DNA of 64,000 nucleotides from Spirochaetota bacterium (lineage in GTDB: Bacteria > Spirochaetota > UBA4802 > UBA5550), in NCBI GenBank assembly GCA_963663865.1, contig OY760686.1, forward strand, positions 2,624,001-2,688,000, given 5' to 3'. A model generated the notes under the pieces. It was given only the letters and a program-made list of their open reading frames with translations, did not search any database and had not been told where the DNA came from. How positions within the stretch are numbered: the stretch's first letter is position 1; every line of letters begins with the position of its first letter. Made by a program: the position numbers and the translations under genes. This document shows, piece after piece, positions 49,658 through 61,000 of the stretch.

Positions 49658-50870
49658 TTACTTCTTTCCCCATTATAAGATGCCCCATCTTGTCGCGCTT
49701 TGTTTCAAGATAATGAAGGTTTTCACATCCCGGAGCAACCTCTATTGAGACCCTTTCGGTAATTTCGAGCCCGTAACCTTCAAGTCCGACGATCTTCTGC
49801 GGATTGTTTGTCATAAGCCTGATCTTCTTAAGGCCAAGATCGACAAGTATCTGGGCACCGATTCCATAGTCGCGCAGATCGTCAGGGAATCCGAGGCTTA
49901 TGTTGGCTTCCACCGTGTCAAGCCCCTCCTCCTGAAGCTTGTATGCCTTTATCTTGTTGCCGAGGCCGATGCCGCGTCCTTCCTGACGCATATAGAGTAT
50001 TACCCCTTCGCCGGCCTTTTCAATCATCTGCATGGCCCTGTGAAGCTGTGAGCCGCAGTCGCATCGCCTTGAGGCAAAAACATCGCCAGTCAGGCACTCC
50101 GAGTGGACTCTCACCAGAACATTGTCCTTACCGGCAACATCGCCTTTGACAAGCGCTACATGAGTTACATTCTCCAGATCTGACTCGTATGCCTTGATCT
50201 GAAAATTTCCATAATCGGTCGGAAGGGAGGCCTCCGATACCCGGTTTACCAGCTTCTCTGAGCGCCGCCTGTGCTCAATAATATCTGATATTGTGCCTAT
50301 CTTCAGATTGTGCTTCGCCGCGAACTTTTCAAGGTCAGGCCTCCTCGCCATGCTTCCATCGTCCTTTAGCACTTCACATATTACGGCGGCCGGTTTCAAC
50401 CCTGCCATTACCGCAAGGTCAACCGAGCCCTCTGTGTGCCCGGTCCTGACCAGAACTCCGCCCTTTCTTGCCTCAAGAGGAAAAATATGGCCCGGCTTTC
50501 TCAGGTCATCCGGCAAGGATTTATCGGATATAAGCACCTCAACTGTTTTAGCGCGGTCATAGGCCGAGATACCAGTACTCGTTTCCCTGACCGCGTCGAC
50601 AGAAACCGTGAAGGCGGTCTTGTAGCGGTCGGTATTATCCTCCCACATAGGCCGCAGGTGCAGCCGCTCAATGTAGGCTGAAGCAAGAGGAACGCATACT
50701 AGCCCCCGGCAATGGGTAACCATAAAGTTTATTATTTCCGGAGTACAATGCTCAGCGGCCACAACAAGATCGCCCTCATTCTCGCGATCCTCATTGTCGA
50801 CAAGAATGACAGGTCTTCCGCTTTTTATCTCTTCAATTAACTCTGTTACTTTGCTTGATTTCATTATCAC
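49638..50870 (-). CDS. ribBA: Bifunctional DHBP synthase / GTP cyclohydrolase II
   Basis: [44 protein letters not shown] and TNNP motifs. Confidence 0.96.
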   Translation of the reverse strand: MIMKSSKVTELIEEIKSGRPVILVDNEDRENEGDLVVAAEHCTPEIINFMVTHCRGLVCVPLASAYIERLHLRPMWEDNTDRYKTAFTVSVDAVRETSTGISAYDRAKTVEVLISDKSLPDDLRKPGHIFPLEARKGGVLVRTGHTEGSVDLAVMAGLKPAAVICEVLKDDGSMARRPDLEKFAAKHNLKIGTISDIIEHRRRSEKLVNRVSEASLPTDYGNFQIKAYESDLENVTHVALVKGDVAGKDNVLVRVHSECLTGDVFASRRCDCGSQLHRAMQMIEKAGEGVILYMRQEGRGIGLGNKIKAYKLQEEGLDTVEANISLGFPDDLRDYGIGAQILVDLGLKKIRLMTNNPQKIVGLEGYGLEITERVSIEVAPGCENLHYLETKRDKMGHLIMGKEVNGECDE

Positions 50871-50889
50871 CTCAAAACGGGCTAAAGTT

Positions 50890-51261
50890 TTACAGCCTCT
50901 CCGCGATTACAACCGCGCAGGCATACTTCTTTTCATGGCTGATGCTCACGTGCAGAGAACAGCGCTCCGTATTAACCCCGAACAGAGCTGCCGCCTTTTC
51001 ATTATCAGCGAAATAGGGCTTGCCTTCTCTGTCATTTAGAACTGCTATATCGCTAAAGGAGAAATCACGGCCCCCGCTGGCCTTCACAAGCGATTCCTTC
51101 ACAGCGAAACGTCCCGCCGCGTAGCCGTAGGGATTACCTTCCGGCATATGTGCAATCTCTTCTTCACTGAGGATCTTTGTCAAAAACTTTTCTCCGTACC
51201 TTCGGCACAGCTTTTCAATCCTCTTTACCTCAACAATATCCGTTCCCATGCCAATTATCAT
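50890..51261 (-). CDS. acpS: Holo-[acyl-carrier-protein] synthase
   Basis: [21 protein letters not shown] and SISHE motifs. Confidence 0.93.
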   Translation of the reverse strand: MIIGMGTDIVEVKRIEKLCRRYGEKFLTKILSEEEIAHMPEGNPYGYAAGRFAVKESLVKASGGRDFSFSDIAVLNDREGKPYFADNEKAAALFGVNTERCSLHVSISHEKKYACAVVIAERL

Positions 51262-52193
51262 GCCTCATCCTCCAGTCTCTTAAGTATATCAAGAATCTCA
51301 GCGGGCCCATGCGCGGTCACAAGGGCGTTGCGCACTGAGGACGCTCCTCTGACTCCGTGGATGTAGCGGCCCATGTGCTTCCTCATCAGCACGTGCCCAT
51401 AGTCTCCATAAAACTCCATATTCATGGCGAGATGCTCACGCATCTGTCCGCATATTTCGGTGATAGTCGGCTTTCTGCCGGAGAATACCCATGGATTTCC
51501 GCAGGCTGCCCTTCCAATCATTACGAGCGCGCATCCGCTGCGGTCCTTTCTTTCGGCAGCCTCTTCAAGCGATAAAACATCACCATTGCCTATTACCGGA
51601 ACAGTCGAAACGCCGCACACCTGAGATATGACCTCCCAATCAGCCCTTCCGGAATATCCCTGAACCTTTGTGCGTCCATGGACAGTGATAAAAGACACTC
51701 CGCTTTTACACAGCTCCCTTACCAGAGGCTCCCAGCTTCCCTCAGATGAGTTCCAGCCAGTCCTGATCTTCGCGGAAACAGGAAGCTTTACGCTGTCCCT
51801 CACCTCCCTGACTATCGTGCCGGCGAGCTCAGGCTCAAGCATGAGAGACGCGCCTCCGCCCTTCCCGCCCTTAACGACCGAGGTGGCAGGGCATCCCATG
51901 TTAATATCGATAAATGCCGGCCCCATTTGCTCAGCGATCCGGGCAGCCTCCGCTATAACAGCAGGATCGCGTCCGAAAAGCTGAATTCCGATAGGCTGTT
52001 CATCAAGAGAAAACTCAAGCATCTTCATCGTCTTTTCGTTGCGCCTCACAAGACCCTCGGCGCTTATAAGCTCGGTGACGGTAAATCCCGCGCCGTGCTT
52101 TCTGGCAATTCTCCTGAAAGGGGAATCCGTGTATCCGGCAATCGGGGCCAACACCGCATCCGATTCAACCTCAAAGCTATCGGCAAAAATCAT
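51258..52193 (-). CDS. dusB: tRNA-dihydrouridine synthase B-like
   Basis: LAPIAGYTD, DINMGCP, TVHGRT, IGNGD and MIGR motifs. Confidence 0.9.
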   Translation of the reverse strand: MIFADSFEVESDAVLAPIAGYTDSPFRRIARKHGAGFTVTELISAEGLVRRNEKTMKMLEFSLDEQPIGIQLFGRDPAVIAEAARIAEQMGPAFIDINMGCPATSVVKGGKGGGASLMLEPELAGTIVREVRDSVKLPVSAKIRTGWNSSEGSWEPLVRELCKSGVSFITVHGRTKVQGYSGRADWEVISQVCGVSTVPVIGNGDVLSLEEAAERKDRSGCALVMIGRAACGNPWVFSGRKPTITEICGQMREHLAMNMEFYGDYGHVLMRKHMGRYIHGVRGASSVRNALVTAHGPAEILDILKRLEDEA

Positions 52194-52909
52194 TCACTTT
52201 TAACTCCGCTCATTATTGTCGCAATACCTCCGGTCATGGGGATGATATCAATCCGCTCAAATCCGGCATTTTTCATCTCTGAGACAAGCTCATCCGGAGA
52301 CGCGAAATTCGACACAGACCCGGCGAGATACCGGTAAGCCTTCATCCTCCCCGACAGAATGCCCGCAACCAGCGGGAGAATTCTTCTCAGATAAAAGCCA
52401 TAAATAGAAGACATTGTCTTTGAAGACGGCCTTGTGAGTTCGAGAATGTGAAAACGCCCACCCGGCTTGAGCACTCTGAAGGCCTCGCTCAGCATTGAAA
52501 CGTAGTCAGGAACATTCCTGATTCCGAAAGCCGTATACACTCTGTCGTAGACAGAGTCCTTCAGCGGCAAAACTGATGCGTCGGCAATTAAGGCCGTTTC
52601 AATACGGCCGCTTTCAACACCCAACTCAATCATTGCACGGGAGAAGTCAATGGCACAGACGCTGACACCCCTTGACAGAGCCGGATATGTCATTGATCCG
52701 GTACCGCAGCATAAATCAAGCGCTGTTTCAGGATTGCCTTCAACTATCTCACGGATAAACCTCCTCCGCCAGATGTACTGTATCCCTGATGACAAAAATA
52801 CGTTCAGAAAATCATATCGGCGGGATATGGAATCAAACATACGGCGGATAATGGCCTTCTGTGCTGCAATCTCCAGCGGCCTGACTTCATTTGCGTGTTG
52901 AGTGTTCAA
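52190..52909 (-). CDS. menG: Demethylmenaquinone methyltransferase (UbiE/MenG)
   Basis: MFDSISRRYD.LN..LS.G, LDLCCGTG, FGIRNV, RVLKPGG and YRYLA.S motifs; in the mqn cluster. Confidence 0.88.
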   Translation of the reverse strand: MNTQHANEVRPLEIAAQKAIIRRMFDSISRRYDFLNVFLSSGIQYIWRRRFIREIVEGNPETALDLCCGTGSMTYPALSRGVSVCAIDFSRAMIELGVESGRIETALIADASVLPLKDSVYDRVYTAFGIRNVPDYVSMLSEAFRVLKPGGRFHILELTRPSSKTMSSIYGFYLRRILPLVAGILSGRMKAYRYLAGSVSNFASPDELVSEMKNAGFERIDIIPMTGGIATIMSGVKSE

Positions 52910-53991
52910 TCGAACATCCTCAATTCATTGTAGGATGAGTCACGCAGAACAGGCGTCAGACCGGCCTCTCTGATTATCCTCACAAACTGTTCAACACCCG
53001 CTTTGTTATTTATCCCTGCGGCTCTGACAACATTCTCTTCAGTGAGGACTCCGCCCATGTCGTTCACCCCGAAGGCGAGCGATATTGCCGCCGTATCGAG
53101 CCCCTCCGTAAGCCATCCGGACTGAATGAATTTCACATTGTCGAGAAAAATCCTGGATACTGCAACAGTCCTGAGATACGCGTCCGCGGTTGAAGGCAGC
53201 GTTTCAGCATCGCACCCAAGCTCCGTATTTGCAGGGGCGAATGACCATGGAATAAACGCCCTGATGGTTCCGGTTTCATCCTGCAAATCCCTGACAACAT
53301 TAAGATGTTCGGCCCTTTCCCGCAGGGACTCTCCCATCCCGTAGGTCATAGTGGCGCTCGACTGCATGCTGCAACGCGCTATTGAGCGCATAACGCTGAG
53401 CCACCTCGAAACACTGATCTTGTTCGGGCTTACTGACGACCTTATGCGTTCGACGAGCAAGTCTGAAGCCCCCGGAATTGAGTCAACCCCGGCGTCCTTA
53501 AGCCGCGCCACCGCTTCATCGTCTGAAATCCCGGCCAGTTCTGCCGCACAGGCAATCTCAGAGGGCGAATAGCTATGGAGCGCTATGCCGGGATGCCTTT
53601 CTTTTACGGCACGAGCCATCATCTCAAGGTGTTCAATTCCGAGCGAAGGATTCAGGCCTCCCTGCAGCATTATCTGCGAGCCGCCGGCCTCCGCAAGCTC
53701 GTCGGCTTTCTTCAAAATCTCGTCAATGCTGAGGGTGTAAGGCGGCACGTTGCCGGCGCCCGCGTGAAAGGCGCAGAAGCGGCAGCCCGCGCCGCAGATG
53801 TTGGTGTAATTTATTATGCGGTCGATTATGAATCCGGCCTGCGGCGCGGGTTGGACGGCGCGGAGCCTGGCCGTAGCAAGCGCCCCAAGCTCTGCAAGCG
53901 GAAAGCTGAAAAGAGCCGCCGCGTCGTCCACGTTCACGCGGGCGCCGGCGAGCACCCTGCGGGAAAGCTCCCTATTTGAAAGCGTCATCAT
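52906..53991 (-). CDS. mqnC: Cyclic dehypoxanthine futalosine synthase (radical SAM)
   Basis: DRIINYTNICGAGCRFCAF, LQGG, ATMTYG, AFIPW and EENVV motifs. Confidence 0.85.
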   Translation of the reverse strand: MMTLSNRELSRRVLAGARVNVDDAAALFSFPLAELGALATARLRAVQPAPQAGFIIDRIINYTNICGAGCRFCAFHAGAGNVPPYTLSIDEILKKADELAEAGGSQIMLQGGLNPSLGIEHLEMMARAVKERHPGIALHSYSPSEIACAAELAGISDDEAVARLKDAGVDSIPGASDLLVERIRSSVSPNKISVSRWLSVMRSIARCSMQSSATMTYGMGESLRERAEHLNVVRDLQDETGTIRAFIPWSFAPANTELGCDAETLPSTADAYLRTVAVSRIFLDNVKFIQSGWLTEGLDTAAISLAFGVNDMGGVLTEENVVRAAGINNKAGVEQFVRIIREAGLTPVLRDSSYNELRMFD

Positions 53992-54802
53992 TCACCCCCG
54001 CCCATGAGATACTGTCGACTCCGCTTAGCAGTCCTAAAAATGAGGCCTCTCTGTAATAAAACATAAGAGCTTCCCTAAAAGCATCATCGAACTCAAATCG
54101 AAGCAGCGAATAGTATTTTTCCGCGCTGTACTGTATCCGCGGATAAGCTGCCTCAGCAGCTTGAATGAGTTTTTTGTCATGTCCTTTAAGCATATCTATC
54201 GATTTTCTGTATGAGCGAATCACGGCGAAAACCTCATCGCGGCGGCTCTGCATTAACTCGCTGCGTAAGGCAAAGACGGCAAAGACTACCGGGTGTCCGG
54301 TCTTTCTCATCCACAGATCACCCAGGTCATAGGAATACTCGACCGGTTCCGCCGCAGGCCAGAGAGCCTCATTGCCGATAACAAGCGCGGCATCATAGCC
54401 TTCGCCCAGAGCGGGGTACGGGGCTGCCGGCACATAGTCGGGCTTAATGCCGAAGTACTTCTCAAGCAATATCTTCAGAAGAACAACTGATGTCTCCGAT
54501 GCCGTCGTCAGGCCGACCTTCCTGCCGTCAAGCTCCTCAATCGGCAATCTGGAGTTGAGAACTACCGAACGCACATACCCGGCCGAGCTCAGGCAGAAAT
54601 CCGGAAGCAGCGACACGCTTCCCTGCAGCCCCGGATAAACCGCTGCCGAAACCGGGCTCAGGTCAAGCTCTCCTCTTCGCAGCATATCATTAAGAACATT
54701 CGGCCTGGCCCTGACAACCACAACTCCCGAAAGCGGTTCGATTGAATCCATGTGGTAGTAAAACGGATAGCAGTTGAGATAGTCAATGCATCCAATCTTC
54801 AT
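53972..54802 (-). CDS. mqnA: Chorismate dehydratase
   Basis: IGCIDYLNCYP, GYVRSV, SETSV.L, LVIGNEAL and DLG..W...TG.P.VFA motifs. Confidence 0.9.
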   Translation of the reverse strand: MKIGCIDYLNCYPFYYHMDSIEPLSGVVVVRARPNVLNDMLRRGELDLSPVSAAVYPGLQGSVSLLPDFCLSSAGYVRSVVLNSRLPIEELDGRKVGLTTASETSVVLLKILLEKYFGIKPDYVPAAPYPALGEGYDAALVIGNEALWPAAEPVEYSYDLGDLWMRKTGHPVVFAVFALRSELMQSRRDEVFAVIRSYRKSIDMLKGHDKKLIQAAEAAYPRIQYSAEKYYSLLRFEFDDAFREALMFYYREASFLGLLSGVDSISWAGVNDDAFK

Positions 54803-55914
54803 ATTGACGCCTCCCCCGGGCAGCCTGTTTCATAAGAAGCGTTGCTTCTCACGGCTGTAAAGCCGGCAGTCTCTATGAGCTGCTTCAGCCTCCATGGCGA
54901 TCCGCTCTCAGGTGTCCTGGCTCCGGCCGAGTGGACTATTTTCTCAAAGCTGTAGGTCCCCCCGATATCGTCCGCTCCGAAAGAAAGAAGCGTCTGTGCC
55001 AACGCCTCGCCAAGGTACATCCATAATGCCTTGATGTGCGGCACATTGTGCAGAAATATCCTTGCCGCGGCGAAAAGCTTAAGCTCATAAACAGGGCTGC
55101 CGCCCGGAAAGCGTTCCTGAAACGGCGTTCCCGCGCCGTGAAAACGCAGGGGCACAAAGGTCTTAAAGCCGCCGGTCCTGTCCTGCAGACCTCTGATCGA
55201 AGCCAGATGAGCGGCTATCTCCCTGTCGCCTTCAATGTGGTTGTAAAGCATGGTGGCGTTTGTCCTGAGCCCCATTCCGTGAGCCGTCTCCATGACATTA
55301 AGCCATCTTTCGGTGGGAATCTTTTTCGGCGCAATTCTCTTTCTGATGTCGGCGTCAAATATCTCAGCGCCGCCCCCTGTTACGGCCCCAAGCCCCGCTT
55401 CCATGAAGAGGCCAAACACCCTCTCAAGGGGAATGCCGCTCTGCCTCGCTATAAAGTCATATTCAACAGCTGTAAAGGCAGCGATGTGAATTCCCGGAGC
55501 GGCTGAAGACACCGCTTTTAGAAGTTCTAAGTAATAATCGATTCCCAGCTCGGTATTCAGCCCTCCGACAATGTGAACCTCGTCGGCACCTGCTTCCGCG
55601 GCGGCCCTCACCTTTTCCGCTGCCTCTGCGGGACTCATCGTATAGGCGCCCACGTCGCCGCCACCCTTCGAAAAAGCACAGAGCGGACAGCGGAGCCCGC
55701 ATATATTTGTGTAGTTCAGGTTCATGTTGACACTGTAGTAGGCCCTGTCCGAGTTAATTTTTTTACGCAGAAAATCCGCAATCATACCGAGCCCGTTGAC
55801 ATCATTTGTCTCAAGCATAGGGAGGATGAAGCTCTCCGGAACAGGAGTACCGCTCATGACCATTTCAGCAACCGGCAGCAGGGCGCTGTCCGCTACAAGA
55901 TCGACATTAATCAA
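54799..55914 (-). CDS. mqnE: Aminofutalosine synthase (radical SAM)
   Basis: NYTNICGLRCPLCAF, EVHIVGG, AFTAVE, GGGAEIF, NATMLY.H.E and HIKA.W motifs. Confidence 0.85.
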   Translation of the reverse strand: MINVDLVADSALLPVAEMVMSGTPVPESFILPMLETNDVNGLGMIADFLRKKINSDRAYYSVNMNLNYTNICGLRCPLCAFSKGGGDVGAYTMSPAEAAEKVRAAAEAGADEVHIVGGLNTELGIDYYLELLKAVSSAAPGIHIAAFTAVEYDFIARQSGIPLERVFGLFMEAGLGAVTGGGAEIFDADIRKRIAPKKIPTERWLNVMETAHGMGLRTNATMLYNHIEGDREIAAHLASIRGLQDRTGGFKTFVPLRFHGAGTPFQERFPGGSPVYELKLFAAARIFLHNVPHIKALWMYLGEALAQTLLSFGADDIGGTYSFEKIVHSAGARTPESGSPWRLKQLIETAGFTAVRSNASYETGCPGEASI

Positions 55915-56518
55915 TAGATTTATCCTCCGCGCCCCAGGGCCTGACCAGGCTGTTGGCTATTCCCAGCACTGAGAGTATTCTTCCGACTATGAAGTTGACA
56001 ATATCATCGGCAGTCTCAGGAAACGTATAGAAAGCCGGAGCCGGAATGACGATGCTGGCGCCGGCCCTTTTTGCCCGCACCATATTTTCAAGATGTATCA
56101 AACTCAATGGCGTCTCTCTCGGGACGAGGACAAGAGGCCTTGACTCCTTCAACGCCACATCAGCCGCCCTGGCGATGAGGCTGTCGGCCGAACCGCCGGA
56201 TACCGCAGCAAGCGTCTTCATTGAACAGGGCGCTATTACTGCCCCCTTCCAGTCCGAGCTTCCGCTGGCCGCCGCCGAAAAGAAGTCGCTGTTCGATGCG
56301 CATTTTAGGCCCTCATGATGTTTTACCGCTCCGCGCAGCCTCAGAACATCGGCGATATCAATCGGATTTTCTTTATCCCGGAACATCTCATAGCGTAGGG
56401 TACGCATTCCCCCATCGCTTGCGAGCGCGAGCACCCTTACACCGTGAGCAAGAAGCTCCTCGATTAGCCTGATGCCGATTATTGAGCCGCTGGCTCCTGT
56501 AATTCCGACAATGTACAT
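55907..56518 (-). CDS. ubiX: Flavin prenyltransferase (UbiX family)
   Basis: GITGASG, ASGS, APCSMKTL, RAADV.LKE and PRETP motifs. Confidence 0.93.
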   Translation of the reverse strand: MYIVGITGASGSIIGIRLIEELLAHGVRVLALASDGGMRTLRYEMFRDKENPIDIADVLRLRGAVKHHEGLKCASNSDFFSAAASGSSDWKGAVIAPCSMKTLAAVSGGSADSLIARAADVALKESRPLVLVPRETPLSLIHLENMVRAKRAGASIVIPAPAFYTFPETADDIVNFIVGRILSVLGIANSLVRPWGAEDKSID

Positions 56519-56670
56519 AACATACCTCCGAACAGTCCGCGCGATAAGACATTTTCCAACCTGCTCTGATTAATGCAAATTATTAATCAGTTATATTGAA
56601 TTGTGCTTGTGTAACTCCGGGTGTGATTTTATTACTAAATAAGAGTAAGATATTCCAGGAGGACAGCTGA

Positions 56671-57378
56671 GTGAGTGTTATAATATTCAGGTTTTTTGTT
56701 TTTGCCTTTGCTGGATGGCTCGTAGAATCAACATACCGCTCGTTTTTTGCGAAACGCTTCATCAATCCCGGCTTCAACAGGGGCCCATGGGTGCCTCTAT
56801 ACGCGTTCGGAGCTCTTCTTATTATGGGGATCAGCTCTTTGACCGACGGGCTTTCATTCCCGGCAAAGACGGCCGTATACTTTTCAGTGATAACCTTTAT
56901 GGAGCTTTTAACCGGAGAGATACTGCTTCGTGTCTACAGGCAGAGGTTCTGGGACTACAGAGACAATTTCCTGAACTTCAGGGGGCATATCTGCCCGCTG
57001 TATTCGTGCGCATGGACTGTGATGGCCCTGCTGTTCGAGTTTCTCATCTATCCGTTCTATCTCGCTATTGAAAGCCATATCCCGGCCTCGGCCATCCCGG
57101 CTGTAAATGTGCTTATTCTGGCGGCCTTTGCCCTTGACTTCGCATTATCCTCTGGAATTATTGGGCTTGCCGGCAGGTATCTGAGATCAGACCGCATTGA
57201 AACCCGCCTTTCTGACGCTCTCGCTGATCTGAAGTCGCTTGTCTTGAAAAATGAACCGCTGGGGCTTGCGGCTGAACGCATCCGCAGCGCCGGTACAAGG
57301 CTTGTTGAAGCAGGGGCTGAGAGGAGCAGATGGGCCCGCGAAGAGCTGAAAAACCTCATTCAGGCGGCAAGACGATGA
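56671..57378 (+). CDS. DUF1113/CmpB-like membrane protein (putative ABC transporter permease family)
   Basis: GWLVE, F.NPGF..GPW.PLY and WDY....NF.G.IC motifs. Confidence 0.8.
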   Translation: MSVIIFRFFVFAFAGWLVESTYRSFFAKRFINPGFNRGPWVPLYAFGALLIMGISSLTDGLSFPAKTAVYFSVITFMELLTGEILLRVYRQRFWDYRDNFLNFRGHICPLYSCAWTVMALLFEFLIYPFYLAIESHIPASAIPAVNVLILAAFALDFALSSGIIGLAGRYLRSDRIETRLSDALADLKSLVLKNEPLGLAAERIRSAGTRLVEAGAERSRWAREELKNLIQAARR

Positions 57379-57929
57379 ACGGCACCGAGGTTATCAGGGA
57401 GCTTCGAAAACACCCCTCTATCGAGGAGATACTCACTCATCCGCTATTTCTTTCAATGTCGCAGTACCGCCATCACGCTAACGTCAGCTGCCTTGAGCAC
57501 AGCCTGGCCGTCGCGGTAACGGCCTACCATATCGCAAAAGGGCGAAAGGCCGACATGGTGTCGGTTATTCGGGGCGCTCTTCTTCACGACTTTTACCTGT
57601 ACGACTGGCATACGGACAGCCCCGGGCTGCACGGCTTCAAGCATCCTTACATCGCCCTCGCAAACGCCACCCGCCACTTTGAGCTCAACAGGCTCGAACG
57701 GGACGCTATCGTGAAGCACATGTTCCCCATGACGCCATTCCCGCCGAAGTACATAGAATCGTTCATCGTGATGTGGGCAGACAAGGCGGTTTCGTTTAAC
57801 GACTACTTCCGGAAAAAGAAGAAGTCCTTGACCCTTTCGCCTGAGCTTACATTCACGGGCGAATTCAGAAGCTCAAATACCACACCGTCGGCATCCATGC
57901 CGGAAGAGCTTACACTTTACAGGCACTGA
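57375..57929 (+). CDS. HD-domain phosphohydrolase family protein
   Basis: HH..SCLEHS, ALLHDFYLYDW, HGFKHP, HMFP and ADK motifs; ATGA-coupled to the upstream gene. Confidence 0.85.
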   Translation: MNGTEVIRELRKHPSIEEILTHPLFLSMSQYRHHANVSCLEHSLAVAVTAYHIAKGRKADMVSVIRGALLHDFYLYDWHTDSPGLHGFKHPYIALANATRHFELNRLERDAIVKHMFPMTPFPPKYIESFIVMWADKAVSFNDYFRKKKKSLTLSPELTFTGEFRSSNTTPSASMPEELTLYRH

Positions 57930-58002
57930 AGCCTCAGCCAGCAAACAGACGGACAGACTAAAACTGAAACGCCCCTACAATCCTGCCGCAAATCAGGAGC
58001 TG

Positions 58003-61000
58003 TTAAGGATAGTTCCAGTCAGTCGCTCCGGCATCATTCGTCCAGCAGAACTTGATCTGCCCGCCGGTCTCGTCGTAATAGCCCACGTACTGTTCAAGGT
58101 TGCTCATTGCGTCTATGGAGCTGTACTTACCGACAACGCCGGACACGCCGCCGCCATTATCGATTGTTGATGTTGTCCAGGTGGCCATATCCCAGCCCGC
58201 TCCTTTTTGTGCCCTGGCATACTTGAGGGCAGTATTGTCAACATCGTAATAGGTTATAAAGGCATCAGTATCGTCAATCATTGCAAGCGAAGAATACTGT
58301 CCGACATCAGCTGAAGAGTCAACATCTACATTGTCCCATGTACCCCATGTATTCACTGTTGGTGTGAACGCAAATTTGAGTTTATGATTCCCTTCATCGT
58401 AATAGCTTATATATGCCAGGCTTTCATTTGATACATTTTTATATGTACGAATACTTGTATATTTCCCTAAACTAGTACCAGTATCGACCACTGTATGGGT
58501 TGGAGTTTCAGAATTCCATGAACCAAAAGTGGCTGTTGTGCAGTACTGATGGGTAAATTTTAAAGATCCGGCAGTTGCGTCATGGTACGCAATATAATTG
58601 TAATAGTTCCCGCCTGCGGCCACGCATGTTATTGCCGTATATTCTCCAACATCATTAGTCCCGCCTGTATCGACTGTTCTTACGGCAAAAGCGCCTCCGA
58701 CATGCGCATACGCAAGCATCAGATTGCCATTGATCTCATCATGATAGCTGATAAAAGCATCAACAATTGTTCCGCTGTACATCATAACAAGTGAACTGTA
58801 CATTCCGACATTTGTGCTGGTGGTTGTATCTGCCACCGTAATATTGGTCGTTAAATCAGCCGCATTAAAAACACCCGAAGAAATCAGGGTCGATGCATAG
58901 GTAAACTTTAACTGCCCGTTATCGGCATCGTAGTAGCTAATCCCAAGGTAGAGATTAGCTCCGGCCTCTACTATTTTGAGCGATGCGTACTGGCCCATGC
59001 CTGCTCCATCGACGCCGTCCTCAACAGTCTGAATGTCCCAGGTAGCAAAGGTGTCCGCGTCGCTTGCCTGAGCGAACTTCAGCGTTCCATTGGTTTCGTT
59101 GTAGTAGCATGCGTAGACAAAGTCATAAGTGCCGTTGTTGTAGGTGGCGATTGATGCGAACTTGCCCTTGTCGCCCGGTTCCGGGTCTACTGTGCCCTGC
59201 CAGTCGATAGTAATCTGGGCGCTTCCGCTGTTTCCCGCCATATCAGTGACCGTCAGACGGATAATATATGTGCCGTTTGAATCAGCTGAACACGCGGTCG
59301 ATGACGAAGCCGCGTCAGCGAAATTAACTGTACCTGTTCCCGTGCCTCCGGCGACAACCTCCCAGAGGTAGGTATCTATTGCTGTTTCAGCATCAGAGCT
59401 TGTAGTCCCGTTAAGGTTAAATGTTTTGGTCTGAACCGAAAGGTCTGCCGGCGCGGATATCGCCGCGGTTGGACTGCCAGTATCCAGCTCAACAGCATCG
59501 TTTGCTTTCAGTACATTGCCCGCCGCGTCACGAAACTCTGCATAAACTGTTTTGGTCCCGTCTCCGCCCGTCAATGTGAATGGATATGCCGCATCGGCCG
59601 AATATGCAACCCAGCTTCCCCCTCCATCGGTCTCGCTGAAGCGCATCTCAGTCACCCCGCTCAGGGTATCGGACGCGCTGAAATTCAGCGTGACTGCCGT
59701 TGCCGCGACATAGGCCTCATTAATAGCAAAGCTTCCCGTTGGTGCCGCGCTGTCCCACATGACAGTGACGGTGTCGCTGTGAGTATTATTAGCCAGGTCA
59801 GTCGCAGTCAGTCTGAGAACGTATGTGCCGTCGAAATCTGCCGCGTCGAAGACCGGCGCCGCGGCTGCCGTGTCAGAGAATGTAACTGTTCCAGGTCCGC
59901 TGTCCTTACTCCACAGGTACGATTTAATCGCTGCGGTGGCGTCATTGACCGTGTCGTCGGTCGCTGAACCGTTAAGTGTACGGTCTGCGGTATTGGGGCC
60001 GAAGACCTTGTCAGCGCCGGCATTAGCGGTAGGAGGTGTAGTGTCCCAATGTACGTTGAATACATCCGGAGTTGAATTGTTCCCAGCATTGTCTGTTGCT
60101 GAATACGTGAGTTCATAAACCCCGTCTCCGCCCGGATTGTTAAAAGTTGGGTCATCAACAGACGTGCTGCTCAGATTAGCCGTTCCACCTCCAGATACTG
60201 TAACAGCGGACCATGTAACTGAGTAACCGCTTGAGGGCACATTATCATTACTTACACCATCAATTACGCTTGCGGTGTTGATATAAATGTCAGTATCTTC
60301 GTTTATGTATGTCGTTGGGTCATTTGTATCAAGAAAAATAGAATCACTGACTGTAATTGCATTGCCAGCCTTATCTCTGACATGCATATAAACCGTCTTG
60401 CTGCCATCAACCAGATTACGGCCAAAATCAGTCCCCGAAAGATTCCACACATATGGACTGTTAACAGCCTCCCATGGTGAAAATTGAGAATTATCCCCTG
60501 AAAGACTCATTTGATAGAGGTTAGTGTCAGTTACATCGTTGGTCAATGTGACAGATGGATTGTTTGTGTACGCGTCTCCGCTGTTAATGCTGAGCCCCGT
60601 TGAGAAAACCGGAGCCGTGTTATCAACCACGATTGATGTGATTCCGGTAGTTCCGGTGCTTGAGTTTCCTGCATTGTCCTTCGAATCAAGGGCGATGCTG
60701 TAGGCTCCGTCGGTCAGCGCGGTCGTATCAAAGGCTTCCGATGCTATTGCGCGCTTTGCTATTATAACCGGAGGTCCGCCGCCCGTTATCGTCCAGGTTA
60801 TCTTCTGTATTCCGGACGGGACAGCGCCGGGATCGACGGCTGTAGGGACAAGCGTCACCGTTCCTCTGGCGTTGTTATCAATAAAGATTTCGGCCGTTGT
60901 CACGTCTGAATCAGGTGGAGATGGGGCCGTATTGTCTACAAGCACTCCTGCCGCCGATGAGTTCGACGAACCGCCCGCCCTGTTGTATGCTACTGCCGTA

